55,773 bases of DNA from Octopus bimaculoides (GCF_001194135.2 NC_068988.1:43982611-44038383); one strand, 5' to 3'; positions 24,871 through 36,852 are shown, counted from the stretch's first letter. Made by a program: numbers and translations. The notes: generated from the letters alone by a model not told the origin.

Positions 24871-25964
24871 TTTTTTTTTAAGTGAAACTTGAAAAAGTTG
24901 ATGAGGGCTCGACCAGGGAAGGTGTCTGCCTTCAACCCTTTCAATCTCATCCACCAAGCCACCAGACAGATAAAGACTACCTACCTTTCCTGGCCAATGG
25001 AGGTGGCAGGATAATCTTCAAAATCGATTTAACATATCACTGGAGAACACATGCATTACTGTCAAAAGTTTGTTAAACTGAATGTAATCAGGGGACCATT
25101 TTTATTGTTTTCTTTTTTTTTTTTTACATAAAAATAGTTTTAATACAGTAAACACTAATTCACAGTATCAAATTATGAAATTGTAACAAAAAAAAAAAAT
25201 AATAATCTGTCTGTTTAGTAGTTTCAGACAACCAGACTGAGACTGAAAGCATGTCTTCCTCCTGCTACTCATAACAAATGTGATGTGGTATGCATGTGTA
25301 TGTGTGTGTCTGTCTGGTGTGTATTTAGCAGACACATCACACAGCGATTCAGGTACATACAAATACATATTCACAAGAATTTTCCATTCCTTTTGACTTC
25401 TCAGAATTGAGCTAATGGGTGTGCTGCTATGTGATCACTCTATGTGTAAGAAATAGTAGCCGAATCTTCTTCAATCAGGACCAACCACCTTTTAAAAAAG
25501 GGGTGAGGAAGCAAAGAACACACCAGATATTTTACTCTAAGACACCACTAATCCATTGAATGGACACAGCTGGAATGTCTCATCATAAGTCTCCTAGATT
25601 ATATAATTTATATTTTTTTGAAAATTATTATTCATCAATGTACTACATAATTATTTCGTTTGTTCAAATGAGAATCTACTGTGTGTGTGTGTGTGTGTAT
25701 AATAATAATCGATTAAGTAAACAAAAGACAGAATTGGTATAACTCATTATTTTGTACAACGATCATGTCAACCCATCCCACAACTGTCCTTTGTAAGTGG
25801 GATGCTGCGCATCATATTATGTTGCAGCAATCTTGCAGTCTGGGTTACATCAAGTACATCCATACATAATGTGGTGTCTCGCTAAAGATCTTGATTTTGG
25901 GCAGTCATGTTTTTTGCCTGCTAATTGATGTATACTCATTTATTCAAAACATTACACACACACA

Positions 25965-26125
25965 CACACATGATGAGTTTCAACACAGTTTCCACCAACA
26001 AAATTTACTTATAAGGCCAGTGACTATAGAAAAAAAACAAAAACCTTTGTCCAATGAGCAGTACAGTAGGACTGAACCCAAAAGCAACAAGACTGTGAAG
26101 TAAACTTGTTAACCACACAGCCATG

Positions 26126-26166
<41 letters not shown>

Positions 26167-26735
26167 NNNNNNNNNNNNNNNNNNNNNNNNNNNNNNNNNN
26201 NNNNNNNNNNNNNNNNNNNNNNNNNNNNNNNNNNNNNNNNNNNNNNNNNNNNNNNNNNNNNNNNNNNNNNNNNNNNNNNNNNNNNNNNNNNNNNNNNNNN
26301 NNNNNNNNNNNNNNNNNNNNNNNNNNNNNNNNNNNCATGTATTTGTATTTATGTACTTGAGTATATTTCACTGATGAAGGTAGAGCATTTATGCAAAGCC
26401 AGAAATCCAGGATTTGAAATTATCTTATTATTTTTACTGGTTTATTTGGTCTTCGTCTTCGCTAATCGTGCCTTGCGGACATTTATATATATATATATAT
26501 ACACACACACACATATATGTGTGTGTTTATGTATGTGCAGGAGTGGTTGTGTGGTAAGTAGCTTGCTTACCAACCACATGGTTCTGGGTTCATTCCCATT
26601 GTGTGGCACCTTGGGCAAGTGTCTTCTGCTATAGCCTCAGGCCAACCAAAGCTTTGTGAGTGGATTTGATGGAAACTGAAAGAAGCTGTCGTATATATGT
26701 ATGTATGTGTGTGTATATGTTTGTGTGTCTGTGTT
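25965..26735. mobile_element. Two partial SINE-A heads in head-to-head orientation (25965-26128 minus; 26535-26735 plus)
   Basis: Reverse-complement head ...GGACTGAACCC...ACCACACAGCCATGC and forward head GCAGGAGTGGTTGTGTGGTAAG, separated by (TA)n and a gap. Confidence 0.75.
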
Positions 26736-26972
26736 TGTACATTTACACATGCAACATACATGCTCACACATTTACATATCATTGGTGACAATGTTATATT
26801 AATAGAGATAAGGTTAAATAATGATTTTGTTGTATCTTGAGAGAGTCGTTACACCTAATACAAAAACAAAGTTAATTAATGATGACGACAGTAATTAATG
26901 GTGATAACAGAAAGAGATGAAAACAAAAATAAGAAACAAAAGAGAAAAGCACAGTAAAAATAAGATACATAC

Positions 26973-27167
26973 TCTTCTTGATTGCATCGATTTTACAGCT
27001 GATAAGAATTCATTGGTTCGATCACGGCATGTACCTTCTGGGACTGTTAATATATCTCGTGGTGGAGATTTAGAAGTTAAAGTTGAATTAGTGTTCAAGT
27101 TTGGTGAACCTTCCAGGAGCTGGACAGTCTCCTGGTTGTAATGGGTGTGCCGTCTTCGTGCAATCAT
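26973..27167 (-). CDS. STX5: Syntaxin-5 coding exon 1 (long-isoform N-terminus and Sly1-binding N-peptide)
   Basis: Acceptor tttctttcag just before 27175, ATG at 27167, donor gtatgt; MIARRRH...EGTCRDRTNEFLSAVKSMQSRR; 195 coding nt. Confidence 0.94.
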
Positions 27168-30100
27168 TTTGGGGTCTGAAAGAAACAAACAGATTGTGTA
27201 AGATGTTATATAAATCTGCATGTATGTNNNNNNNNNNNNNNNNNNNNNNNNNNNNNNNNNNNNNNNNNNNNNNNNNNNNNNNNNNNNNNNNNNNNNNNNN
27301 NNNNNNNNNNNNNNNNNNNNNNNNNNNNNNNNNNNNNNNNNNNNNNNNNNNNNNNNNNNNNNNNNNNNNNNNNNNNNNNNNNNNNNNNNNNNNNNNNNNN
27401 NNNNNNNNNNNNGGCATGTACACACATATTTTTCTTACCCAAAAAAATTCTCAAAAAAATTTCTCTGGGTCTTTTATGCAAAGTTGGACCTATATTGGGT
27501 AAAATGACCCCCTTCAATTATGTTGGGCCTATATTGGGTAAAATGACCCCCTTCTGAGGCACAAGTCTGGGTAACATAGTCTATTGAAGATCAGCAGTCA
27601 CCAATGCATACCAGCCTCCTGTCTCCATGCCACCCATGTCATCCAAGCGAAACGCAAAGGCTGCTTCAGTTTGGCACCAGTGATGTTGCAACTCATTTCT
27701 ACAGCTGAGTGAACAGGAGCAACGTGAAATAAAGGTTTTTGCAGAAAAACACAACATACAACCTGGTCCAAAAATCATGATTGTGAGCCTGACACTCTAA
27801 CCACTGAGCCATGGGCCTTCACTGGGCCTATATTACATATACTAAATATGCACTGCTGAATTTGAAGTGCATCTATGCTCAGGTGTCTTTTATGCCATCA
27901 AATACAGTTCAGGGTTAAGTAAGTTTATTATAGTTTAACAGCTTAAAGTAGCAAAGTGGCTGAGTTGAGTATTGGATAGAATGCTGAGTAGTATTTATTT
28001 CAGTTATCTACACTTAAAGTTCAGATCCTGCAGAGGTCAACTTTGCATTTCATCCTTTCAGGGTTGTTAAATAAAATAACAGGCCAAGATGGTGGACTGG
28101 CAGCGGAACAGACAAGAGGCCTTGAAAGTTTTGCTCCAGCTCTTTGTATCCTGAGTTTAAATTCCACTTCTTATCACCACTCTCCTCACAATGTAAAAAT
28201 GGGTCCTTTAGAACCCAGTTAACAGTGATAGATCTTTAGTGTCGGTCGAAGCAACAAATGCCTCAAAATATGCAAAAATATAGTAAATATTATAATTTAT
28301 CGAATTCAAAATATTTTTTATGTAGATGTAAATTACAGTACACTTCCATCCCTCCTTGTGGAGACAGAAGATAAAGTCACAGAAAAAACATGTTTATGTC
28401 ACATTTTAGAGTAATTTCAACACAGTCATTTAAAAGCTACCCGAAGAAGATGCAATGAAAACTGTATTTTATAGCTAATAAATAAGTAGAGGCGTTTTTC
28501 CCCCCACTTTTTTGGATTTTTTGATGCATTTGTGGAGACAATATATTGTCGCAGTTTTCTAAAACTTTACAGCAGTTATTTTGATGTCTATTCACATCTT
28601 TTCCACACTACCCCCATCATGAAATCGAAAATTGTGAAAAAACACTCCACTCTACTAAACATGCAGTGTTTGAGAGACTCAAATACTATCTATAGAATCG
28701 AAATGATATTTAATATTAATAGAGGGTATTTCTTTGTCGTTAAAACTTGCTACTGAAAGTAATTTTAAGAAGCCAGTTTCAACGACAAAACTTCAAATTA
28801 AGCAATTATCATCAATATTAAATATATGCATATGTACATGTGTGTATAGTTTAACACGCTATCTAACTGTTCTACAGTTAACTATAGCACGTCTACTTAT
28901 TTATTGTTATCCAACATTTAAGCCATTTAATATTAATAGACCCGTGATTGTACATTACAAAATCTTCATTTTGGAGTGTTAATATTTAAACAAAACTTTT
29001 TACCATCTGTTTTATGTTTAGAGTTTCAAATATCAGTAACAAAATGAATTTATGCAAGTCCAAAGTTTTCACTAAGTTTCAAAAACAGACAACATACGAA
29101 AAGTTATTTATTTTACTAAACCTCTCCAAAATGTTGATTGCTTTGAAATTAACTAAAATACATAAGTAAAGAAATACGGTCGCTAAAGAGTTAACTGATA
29201 CAATGTTATCTTGTTTTCACGAATGATGGACATACATAACTGTTTCATAGTTTTAATCTAAGTCAACAATCCATTTGACTGTTATATTATATTATCCTAG
29301 GATAAATACGATATTCCTAATTGTTTATAGTATTACCTTAGATTAACTGATACATCTAACTGTTCTTTAGATTTACTTTAAATTTTCTAACGGCAACTTA
29401 TTCTAATGACACGTCTAACCGTTCGATAATTTTTACCTTGTTCAACCAAGAAACTATCCATTTATAAGGTGCTGCTTCATATGAGACAAACTAAAACTTA
29501 AAAATAAACTAGCTATTAGCACCTTATTTTTGGAAACGAAACATAAAATTTATAACCGGTAGAAGTAGATCAGTCTGATACAAGATGTCAATTTTTGGTT
29601 ATTAGAAAACTTTTTATAGTTGGTTGTGTCTGGGAAGAGTCATTCTGTTTTAATGCCTTATTAATTAACACACTCACCGGTTCGACTTCCATTCATTTAC
29701 TTATTTATTAATTTTTTTTTTTCTAAAATATTATAGTTGGCTCGATGCTTTAAAATAACAACCATCTGGAATATGTTTCTCTTTCACAGCACTGAGTTGA
29801 ATCCAGCAGTATCAACTTTCTTTTATCGTTAACAGAACCCGACAAAAATAAGTATTAACAAGATTTTTTCTTTCTTTTTTTTTTTTTTTTTTTTNNNNNN
29901 NNNNNNNNNNNNNNNNNNNNNNNNNNNNNNNNNNNNNNNNNNNNNNNNNNNNNNNNNNNNNNNNNNNNNNNNNNNNNNNNNNNNNNNNNNNNNNNNNNNN
30001 NNNNNNNNNNNNNNNNNNNNNNNNNNNNNNNNNNNNNNNNNNNNNNNNNNNNNNNNNNNNNNNNNNNNNNNNNNNNNNNNNNNNNNNNNNNNNNNNNNNN

Positions 30101-30689
30101 NNNNNNNNNNNNNNNNNNNNNNNNNNNNNNNNNNNNNNNNNNNNNNNNNNNNNNNNNNNNNNNNNNNNNNNNNNNNNNNNNNNNNNNNNNNNNNNNNNNN
30201 NNNNNNNNNNNNNNNNNNNNNNNNNNNNNNNNNNNNNNNNNNNNNNTATATATATATATATATATATATATCTGTATGTGTGTGCGTGTTATACATAAAC
30301 ATGTATTGTACACTAACCCACTTGACACAAAGGATGTCGAGTACTTTTATGATTCTGTATCAAACAATAAAGAACATAAGACAAAAAGCGAGAGAGAGAG
30401 ACAGAGAGAGATCGGAAGAAAAGATGAACATAGAGAGACAGAAGCAGGCATAAAAATGGAGACAGAGAAGAACCAAAAATAATCTGAAAGAAATAAACTC
30501 GTTCGGCTATTAATTATCTATACAAATTAATTGACTCTACTTTCAGATTACACTGACTTCAATACAGAATTATTGAACAATGAGGAAGATGTTGATACAA
30601 ACATCTACAGAATGTAAATATAGTTTCTTAACAGGTATAAATTTGACAGTTAAGATAGAGGACAGAAATAGGCAAACAAAACAACATAC

Positions 30690-30800
30690 CCGAGACACAG
30701 TAACCAGCAGTTGCGTGCTTTAAGAAACTGATTGCATCCACGTAATCAAATAGGTCAGAGACTTCCGGTGAGTACTATTAGAGTAGCCTCCCTTGAAAAA
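30690..30800 (-). promoter_or_regulatory. Candidate non-coding first exon / promoter of the syntaxin-5 gene
   Basis: Minus-strand donor CTCGG|GTATGT at 30689; locally CpG-containing; ETS-type motif ACTTCCGG at 30761-30768. STX5 coding exon 1 starts with a splice acceptor, so an upstream exon must exist. Confidence 0.3.
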
Positions 30801-31248
30801 TCAGCCTGTTGTCAATGGTTGACATTTACATTAGATTCCCGTTGTTGAGATTAGGCAAAGCAGTAAATTGTATTTCTTTGATTGATTGTTATTGTCAAGA
30901 TTAAGTTGGTTATGCCTATCCAGTTCTTCTTTCATAAATTGCGTATCTGGGATTACTTTATCCAGTTTGGTAGGTTGTGATTTTGAGGAAGACTTGTCTG
31001 CTATTTCTACTAATTCGCGTGACCACATAGAGGTTACGTTGTTCACTCGTCTTTACTGGGTTAAGATGACTGACTCTTCGCACTCGCAACGTCTTCGTAT
31101 TCTGGTTGGTTCAACAACAACAAATTTATGTTTTTGATAGATATTTTGCTAGCAATATTTCCGAGAATGTGACACAGGCTATCCTAAGACCACGTCAACA
31201 ACACTCAACAAATAGTGTAAAGAACTCTGTTTGGATCTTGTTCAAAAC

Positions 31249-31878
31249 GGGGGCACCAGTTTTCATTAATGTTTTATGTAGTGTTTTTGGTACCGAAAGA
31301 CTTTCAAATTTCGTATACTTATCTATTTTGGGATCTATTTTAAAACGGGGGCCACATTTTTCATTAATGTTTTACGTAGTGTTTTTGGTACGGAAAGACT
31401 TTCAAACTTCGTATACTTATCTATTTTGTGTTATAGAACAGAAAAATATTTTTGTATTCGAATTTATTTCATGTAAAAAATTGTCTTATTTCGATAATTT
31501 CAACCAATCACTGACAAGTATTCAGTTGTTTATATTTACTCCGTTGGCTGATTAAGCGATGTAAAGCGTATTTAATCTCCATACCTTCGTTTTATTTGCT
31601 TTTTTCATTTTAAATTTGCTTTAACTCTAACCCTAACCTTAGGGTTAGGGTTAATTGTTTCAGAATCGTTTGTTTACGTAGTCAGCACTTAATGTATATC
31701 GGCTGAATGGACGTCAGTGATTGGTTGAAATTACAGAAATACAACAACTTTAACATGAAATAACTTGCGATGTACGTTTTTCTGTTAAGAAGACTAAGAG
31801 AAAAAGATGTTTTATATGACACATTCTACCAGTGTCCCAAATTTCAAAGTGTTTCGTTAAGAAAATACTGGTGCCCCC
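31249..31878. mobile_element. Foldback/MITE-like element with perfect 12-bp TIR and central telomere-repeat palindrome
   Basis: GGGGGCACCAGT (31249-31260) vs ACTGGTGCCCCC (31867-31878); inner inverted repeat CAACCAATCACTGAC (31501-31515) vs GTCAGTGATTGGTTG (31713-31727); related fragment at about 35915-36060. Confidence 0.75.
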
Positions 31879-31989
31879 AGTTCTGCAAATCTAATGTTAA
31901 TGATAATAATTTTTAAAAAAAATTATTATTTACCACAAGGACCCAACACGTTGGGGAAAATACAAATACAACAAAAAATTGTGGCGTGT

Positions 31990-32172
31990 ACATCCTTTCT
32001 ACTATAGGCACAATACCCGAAATTTTGTGGGAGAAGGCTAATCGATTAGATCGACCCCAGTACGCAAGTGGTATTTAATTTATCGACCCCGAAAGGATGA
32101 AAAGCAAAGTCGACCTCGGCGGAATTTGAACACAGAACACAAAGACAGACGAAATACCGCTAAGCATTTCGC
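31990..32172 (-). mobile_element. SINE family B, young partial copy
   Basis: CCTTTCTACTATAGGCACAA...TATCGACCCCGAAAGGATGAAAAGCAAAGTCGACCTCGGCGGAATTTGAAC. Confidence 0.8.
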
Positions 32173-32319
32173 ATATTTTTTTATTTCCCACAAGGGGACA
32201 ACAAAGAGAGGACAGTACGATCTGATATGGGGTCGGATTTATCGTATGAGTGAACAAAATGATGAATTAAAATTTTTTACATAAATAAGAATAGTTTGAA
32301 TGATAATGTAGTAACGCCG

Positions 32320-32331
32320 TGCGCATGCGTA
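32320..32331. promoter_or_regulatory. NRF1-type palindromic motif TGCGCATGCGTA
   Basis: Matches YGCGCAYGCG in a CpG-containing patch upstream of STX5; function not shown. Confidence 0.3.
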
Positions 32332-32689
32332 GAATTAAACAACCAAGCGTTCCCGCTCAATTCATTCTCTTTCTTGCTGGCCAGAAAATAGAGCATGGAC
32401 GTGTCAAGCAGTGTCTCCAACACCCAACTCTGGAGACAGTCTCTTTACGTGTATAGCTGCCACTCTCCATCTTTCGGACTTACACTCGACAGCTCGCTCA
32501 CATCTACATGACAACGTCCCAACAACAATGCTCATACACACAGAAGCTGTAACAAGAGCTAAAGATGTATATATTTACCACCTGAATAAATGTTGTTTAA
32601 GTTGATAGTCTGGAGTTCAGCGTTCCGTTATATTCATTAATTTTATATAGGAAAGTCAGGTATACATCTAATGATGTATAACCAACTTT

Positions 32690-33140
32690 CCTATAACATA
32701 TACAAGACAACAATACAGAATGGAGTGGGGAGACGCGATATGCTCGGACCCCATGAGCCCCGTCTCACCACTGAAGCTTTGGGTTCGTCCTGTGTTGTAT
32801 TCATGCAGTTCCATCCATACGCAACATTCGTGCGACATTCTTCCATCGTTCTTGGAATATTTTCGCAGACAAGCATTTTTTCTCTAACCCTATTTCCCTT
32901 CTTAGGTGGAAGATGAAGAAATTCACCAAGCCAGGCCAGGGATAAAAATGCCTGTTATTAACCCTTTTATTCGTGTCTTCCAAATCACCTCTCTCGCAAT
33001 TGCTACTACGACGAGAAAGCAATTCTTACCTTCTTTCGATATGAAATCCGGTGGGTCAATTTTTACTATTGACTCAGTCGATAGCTGTACTCTTCCTGTA
33101 CTTGACAACAGTTGTTCGGCATAAATCCACACATCTGACA
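32690..33140 (-). mobile_element. L1/Tx1-clade LINE ORF2 3' end and 3' UTR
   Basis: Frameshifted ...FLVVVAIAREVIWKTRIKGL... / LVNFFIFHLRREIGLEKKCLSAKIFQERWKNVARMLRMDGTA*. Confidence 0.65.
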
Positions 33141-33149
33141 CATTTTGCA

Positions 33150-33400
33150 GGATATCATAAAAGAAAATGTCAAGTCCTTAGAAAGGTTGAGGAGTTGCGA
33201 CGGGAACTTTCATCTCCGGTCCTGGTTTGCTATATTACTTCAGGTATCATCTGAAGAGCAAGATAGGGCTGGAGAGGAGACATTGTCGCGAAGTATATTC
33301 GGGAAAAGATGGAAGGATGTAGCAAGGAAGTCGCGTGTGAATGACGCAACTTAATTTTATCCCTGGTAAAAAAGAAAAAAAGCATGGTGTAGCCGTTGGG
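33150..33400 (+). mobile_element. L1/Tx1-clade LINE ORF2 3' end
   Basis: Frameshifted YYFRYHLKSKIGLERR / TLSRSIFGKRWKDVARKSRVNDAT*, homologous to the opposite-strand fragment next to it. Confidence 0.62.
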
Positions 33401-33773
33401 CTTCATGGATAAGTGTAAATTGTAAAATCTGTAAAATTTAAAAATTAATATTCATCTTCATTTAAAAAAAAAAACACTTTAAAAGGAACTCATAAACGCA
33501 TTATTTGTTTGTAATGTCCTGTATTGTCCTATCTGCGTATGATATACAATTATCGTAATAAAGAATCATCTCTTCAGAAAGGTTGAGTACAACTTTCTTC
33601 ATCTGTGTAGATCATTGTCTACGATACTATCGCCTGCTTCTGTGCACAAGTTAAGTCGTTTCAACAAATTGTATGAACAGTAAAAACATGAACAATTTAA
33701 AGTTACAAACCATTGCAGCTAACCGTTTCAGTTCGATTTTCTTTATTTGCCCACCGGGCTTACCGTTACAGTT

Positions 33774-34893
33774 TGTAACGACCATGCGAAGCGAGGTGAT
33801 GAGAATGGCTCCTTAGTACATCACATGGTCGATACATGTAAAAAGAATAAATGCGTATATGAGCCAGAGGGAAAAGAGAGACACAACTGGGTAGAATGTT
33901 TAAGAGAAGCTTTATTGATATGTTAACATGTGTGACTGTGTGTGCGTCATGTATACAGAATAATAGACAGGCCGTCATGAGAACAAAGTGTGTGTGTATG
34001 TGTATAGACATGGATGTATACGTGTGCGTTAAGTACAGAGCATTGAATGAGTCTATAATGTGAAGTTAGAAGAATGCTCATAGACACAAGAATGAGAAAT
34101 ACCATTTTGTAGTCAATTGCACATGGTAGTTGAAATGCTGTATCAAGAAGTTGCGGCGATGAGGCAGAGCCGGTTGAGGTACATGTCGTACGTGAAGTTA
34201 TGGCTGTGATGCAGAACCGGTTGAGTTACGCCGTACGTGATGTTGTGGCTGTGATACAGAGCCGGTTGGGGTACATGTCGTACGTGAAGTTGTGGCTGTG
34301 ATGCTGCTGCCTGGGTCACTTGGTACAAGAGTTCTCGCAGGTTGTATATTTGCTGTGAACCATGGTGAAGTAATTCACGAACAGTGTTGTGTTAGAACCT
34401 GTGTATGCAGAGAGATGATGTTGACGGCGTTAAGATGATGATACTGGCGACGAAGAAAGAGATTGCCGTAATGCTGTTGGACGAGTGTTGTCGTCTGGCT
34501 CACAGGTTGCATATTTGCTGATGATCCAGGTTGAAGTAATTCACGGACAGTGCTGTGTTGAACCTGGGCGTCGCTGAAACTGGCTGTGGTTAGTGGCTAG
34601 ACCTTAAAAAGTTGGGACCAAAAACTCCGACATGCGGAGAATCTGGAGTTTTATAGGGAGCAGTCGGCTCAACTGGGGTATAAACAGGCTGTCACACGTG
34701 ACCTTATTTGAAGGCTGCGATTGGTTGGGTTGCATATTGGCGCGCGATAGAGCAAGTAACAAATTGCGCCAATACCAACCAGAGTAGTGGACATAACAGG
34801 GTCCAAAATGCAGCCAAAGGCTAGCTGTTCTCTACTACGTTCGTATGTATATATAATAGAGAGGAAAGAAATTTCCCTCAAGTGTCCGCTACA
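33774..34893 (-). mobile_element. Solo LTR (about 1120 bp) with 4-bp target-site duplication
   Basis: On the minus strand it begins TGTAGCG and ends CGTTACA; flanked by AGTT at 33770-33773 and 34894-34897. Contains CCAAT (34720-24), CACGTG (34695-700), TATAAAA (34649-55), about 45-bp tandem units and AATAAA near the 3' end. Homologous to 52791-55004. Confidence 0.85.
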
Positions 34894-36673
34894 AGTTCAT
34901 TGCAGCTTAACTTTACAATTCATTGTAGCTTAAACTATTGTAACAAACTATCGCCGCTTATTGTTTTAATCTATTGCAGATTACAGTGACGGTCCTTTAC
35001 AGCTTAAAGTTAGATAGTCTTTGTCAATTATAACAAAAGAAATATTACTTCAAACAAAAGTGTTCTTTCAGTTAGTTAATACGAGATGCGTGCTTAGCTG
35101 ATAAATCTCAAGCTTGCCAGTCTTAGTAAAAGTATTTTAACTCATTTTTTTTTCGGCCTACTCTAAGAGTAACTGTAATTCACAAACTCTGTATTTCCTA
35201 CAAATAAATCCCCTAATGAACATTAATTCATGAACATTTGTATAACTCGTTTCTATAAACGTATTTATGTACCCTAGAGTAATATATTAATCGTAATTGC
35301 TGTTTTATATTATTTTGAAATAGTGTTTTTATGACACTATTATAATAACCCCTCCAATTAAACGGTACAAGCCAATACACAACAGGTGGAAAATGCAGAA
35401 ATAAATTATTGTATATATGTAATTATAATTTACTAAGAATGTTTTTTTTTCTATAAAATCACTCGACGTTTCTTTATCCACAAATGTATCTAGGACATCA
35501 TATAATATACTCTTCCTTGTTATGGCAGCATGGGTTTTAAGGGAATTTTTTCTGCAAAATTCCCTTATTTACTGTTCTTGAAGGCACATACTTCAGTGGT
35601 TAGAGCGTCGGACTCACAAACATGAGGTAGTCAGTTCGAATCCTGGACCGGGCTGTATTGTGTTCTTGAGCTTGACACTTGATTTCACGTTGCTCCAGTT
35701 CACTTTTTCTAGCAGGTCAAGCAACCACATACAGGCTCCGTCGTTGGTCTGACTCAGTAATAATTTTGTTATTTAGCCTCAAATCAACCCTAATACAGCA
35801 AACCTATGTTGCTATGAAAACACCTCTGGTTATTAACGAAGGGTTTTGTTAGGGGAGTGGACCTGGAAGTTGTTGTTCGCAAACAGCAGCAGTAATTTTC
35901 TTCGACTGAATACACGTCATTGATTGGTTAAAATTACCCAAATACGACAATTTAAACACGAAATAACTTCTAAAATACAAAATTTTGTCAAAAACCTTAA
36001 GAGTAAACCCTGTTCTATGTGACACATTCTACCAGTATCCGAAGTTTCAAAGTGTTTAGTTTTTTAAAATTAATTAAAAAATTTGGCCGTCAAATTGAAA
36101 AGATCCATAAGAGTCAGCTGACGTGTTACCAGAAGATGCATGACGTAATAATTGTTAAGCAGTATTTACCATAACACAGTGGTTTTGTATTTTATATTTT
36201 ATTTAATTTACTTATTTGCTCTGTTCATCAAAAGGTGTTGATATGTATGGCGGATACATAAAGTATAAACTTTTGACAACGAATTAACTAGTACGCCACA
36301 GCTGGACAACACATAATTTAAGGAACTCTTCTGTTTTGTCTCGTGCAAATTAAGCTGACAAGAAATTGAGTGAATGAAGAGGATGAAACTACTAACGACG
36401 ACGATGACGTTGCTAAAAGGGTCCCCTTCGAGGTTCTACACCGTAGCATCAAAGAAGTGGAAATGACGGGGCACGTAAATAAAATAATACTCAAGCATCA
36501 AGAGACCGATATGAATTTGAATATTAAGAATATTCATCTTAGGGTGAGCGAAGATAACGAAGAGGTTAATCGAGCAACGTACGGCTTATAAATCTGATGT
36601 TGAGTGAAGAATCTTCCACCACACAAGAAAAGGAAAATGGAACAGATGACACCAACCAGCTTATTGGCAAAAA

Positions 36674-36720
<47 letters not shown>

Positions 36721-36852
36721 TATTATTTACATTGCCCCACCCCCACCCTTGCATGTATAAGGGCAATGACAGATGCATCAGTTAAAATGATGTCTTATCG
36801 AAACACATTGACACAACATCATAAAACAGTTGTTTAGTTGTTATTAAACAGT

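Larger units (their letters stand above)
1571..27175 (-). other. STX5: Syntaxin-5 gene span (10 coding exons, CDS 1011 nt, 336 aa); 5'-UTR exon(s) lie further upstream
   Basis: Exons joined by GT-AG with consistent phases give MIARRRH...TCRDRTNEFLSAVKSMQSRR-FNG...TEFTLRSR-SVGKNLANTSFKLEKLALL-VKRSSMFDNK...KQIAALQE-...SHSNSVVVALQ-SRLATMSNTFKEVLE...-...TIVELGTVFQRLATMVKEQEELVHR-IDSNV...NRWLMIKIF...FIL*, colinear with syntaxin-5. Confidence 0.95.

Noticed and set aside
27483-27554. 39-bp tandem duplication; also a 26-bp duplication at about 13249-13303
   Set aside because: Simple local slippage within repeat-derived DNA; no sign of function.
31621-31654. True telomere or chromosome fusion site
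   Set aside because: Only about two repeats per arm, embedded in a TIR element.
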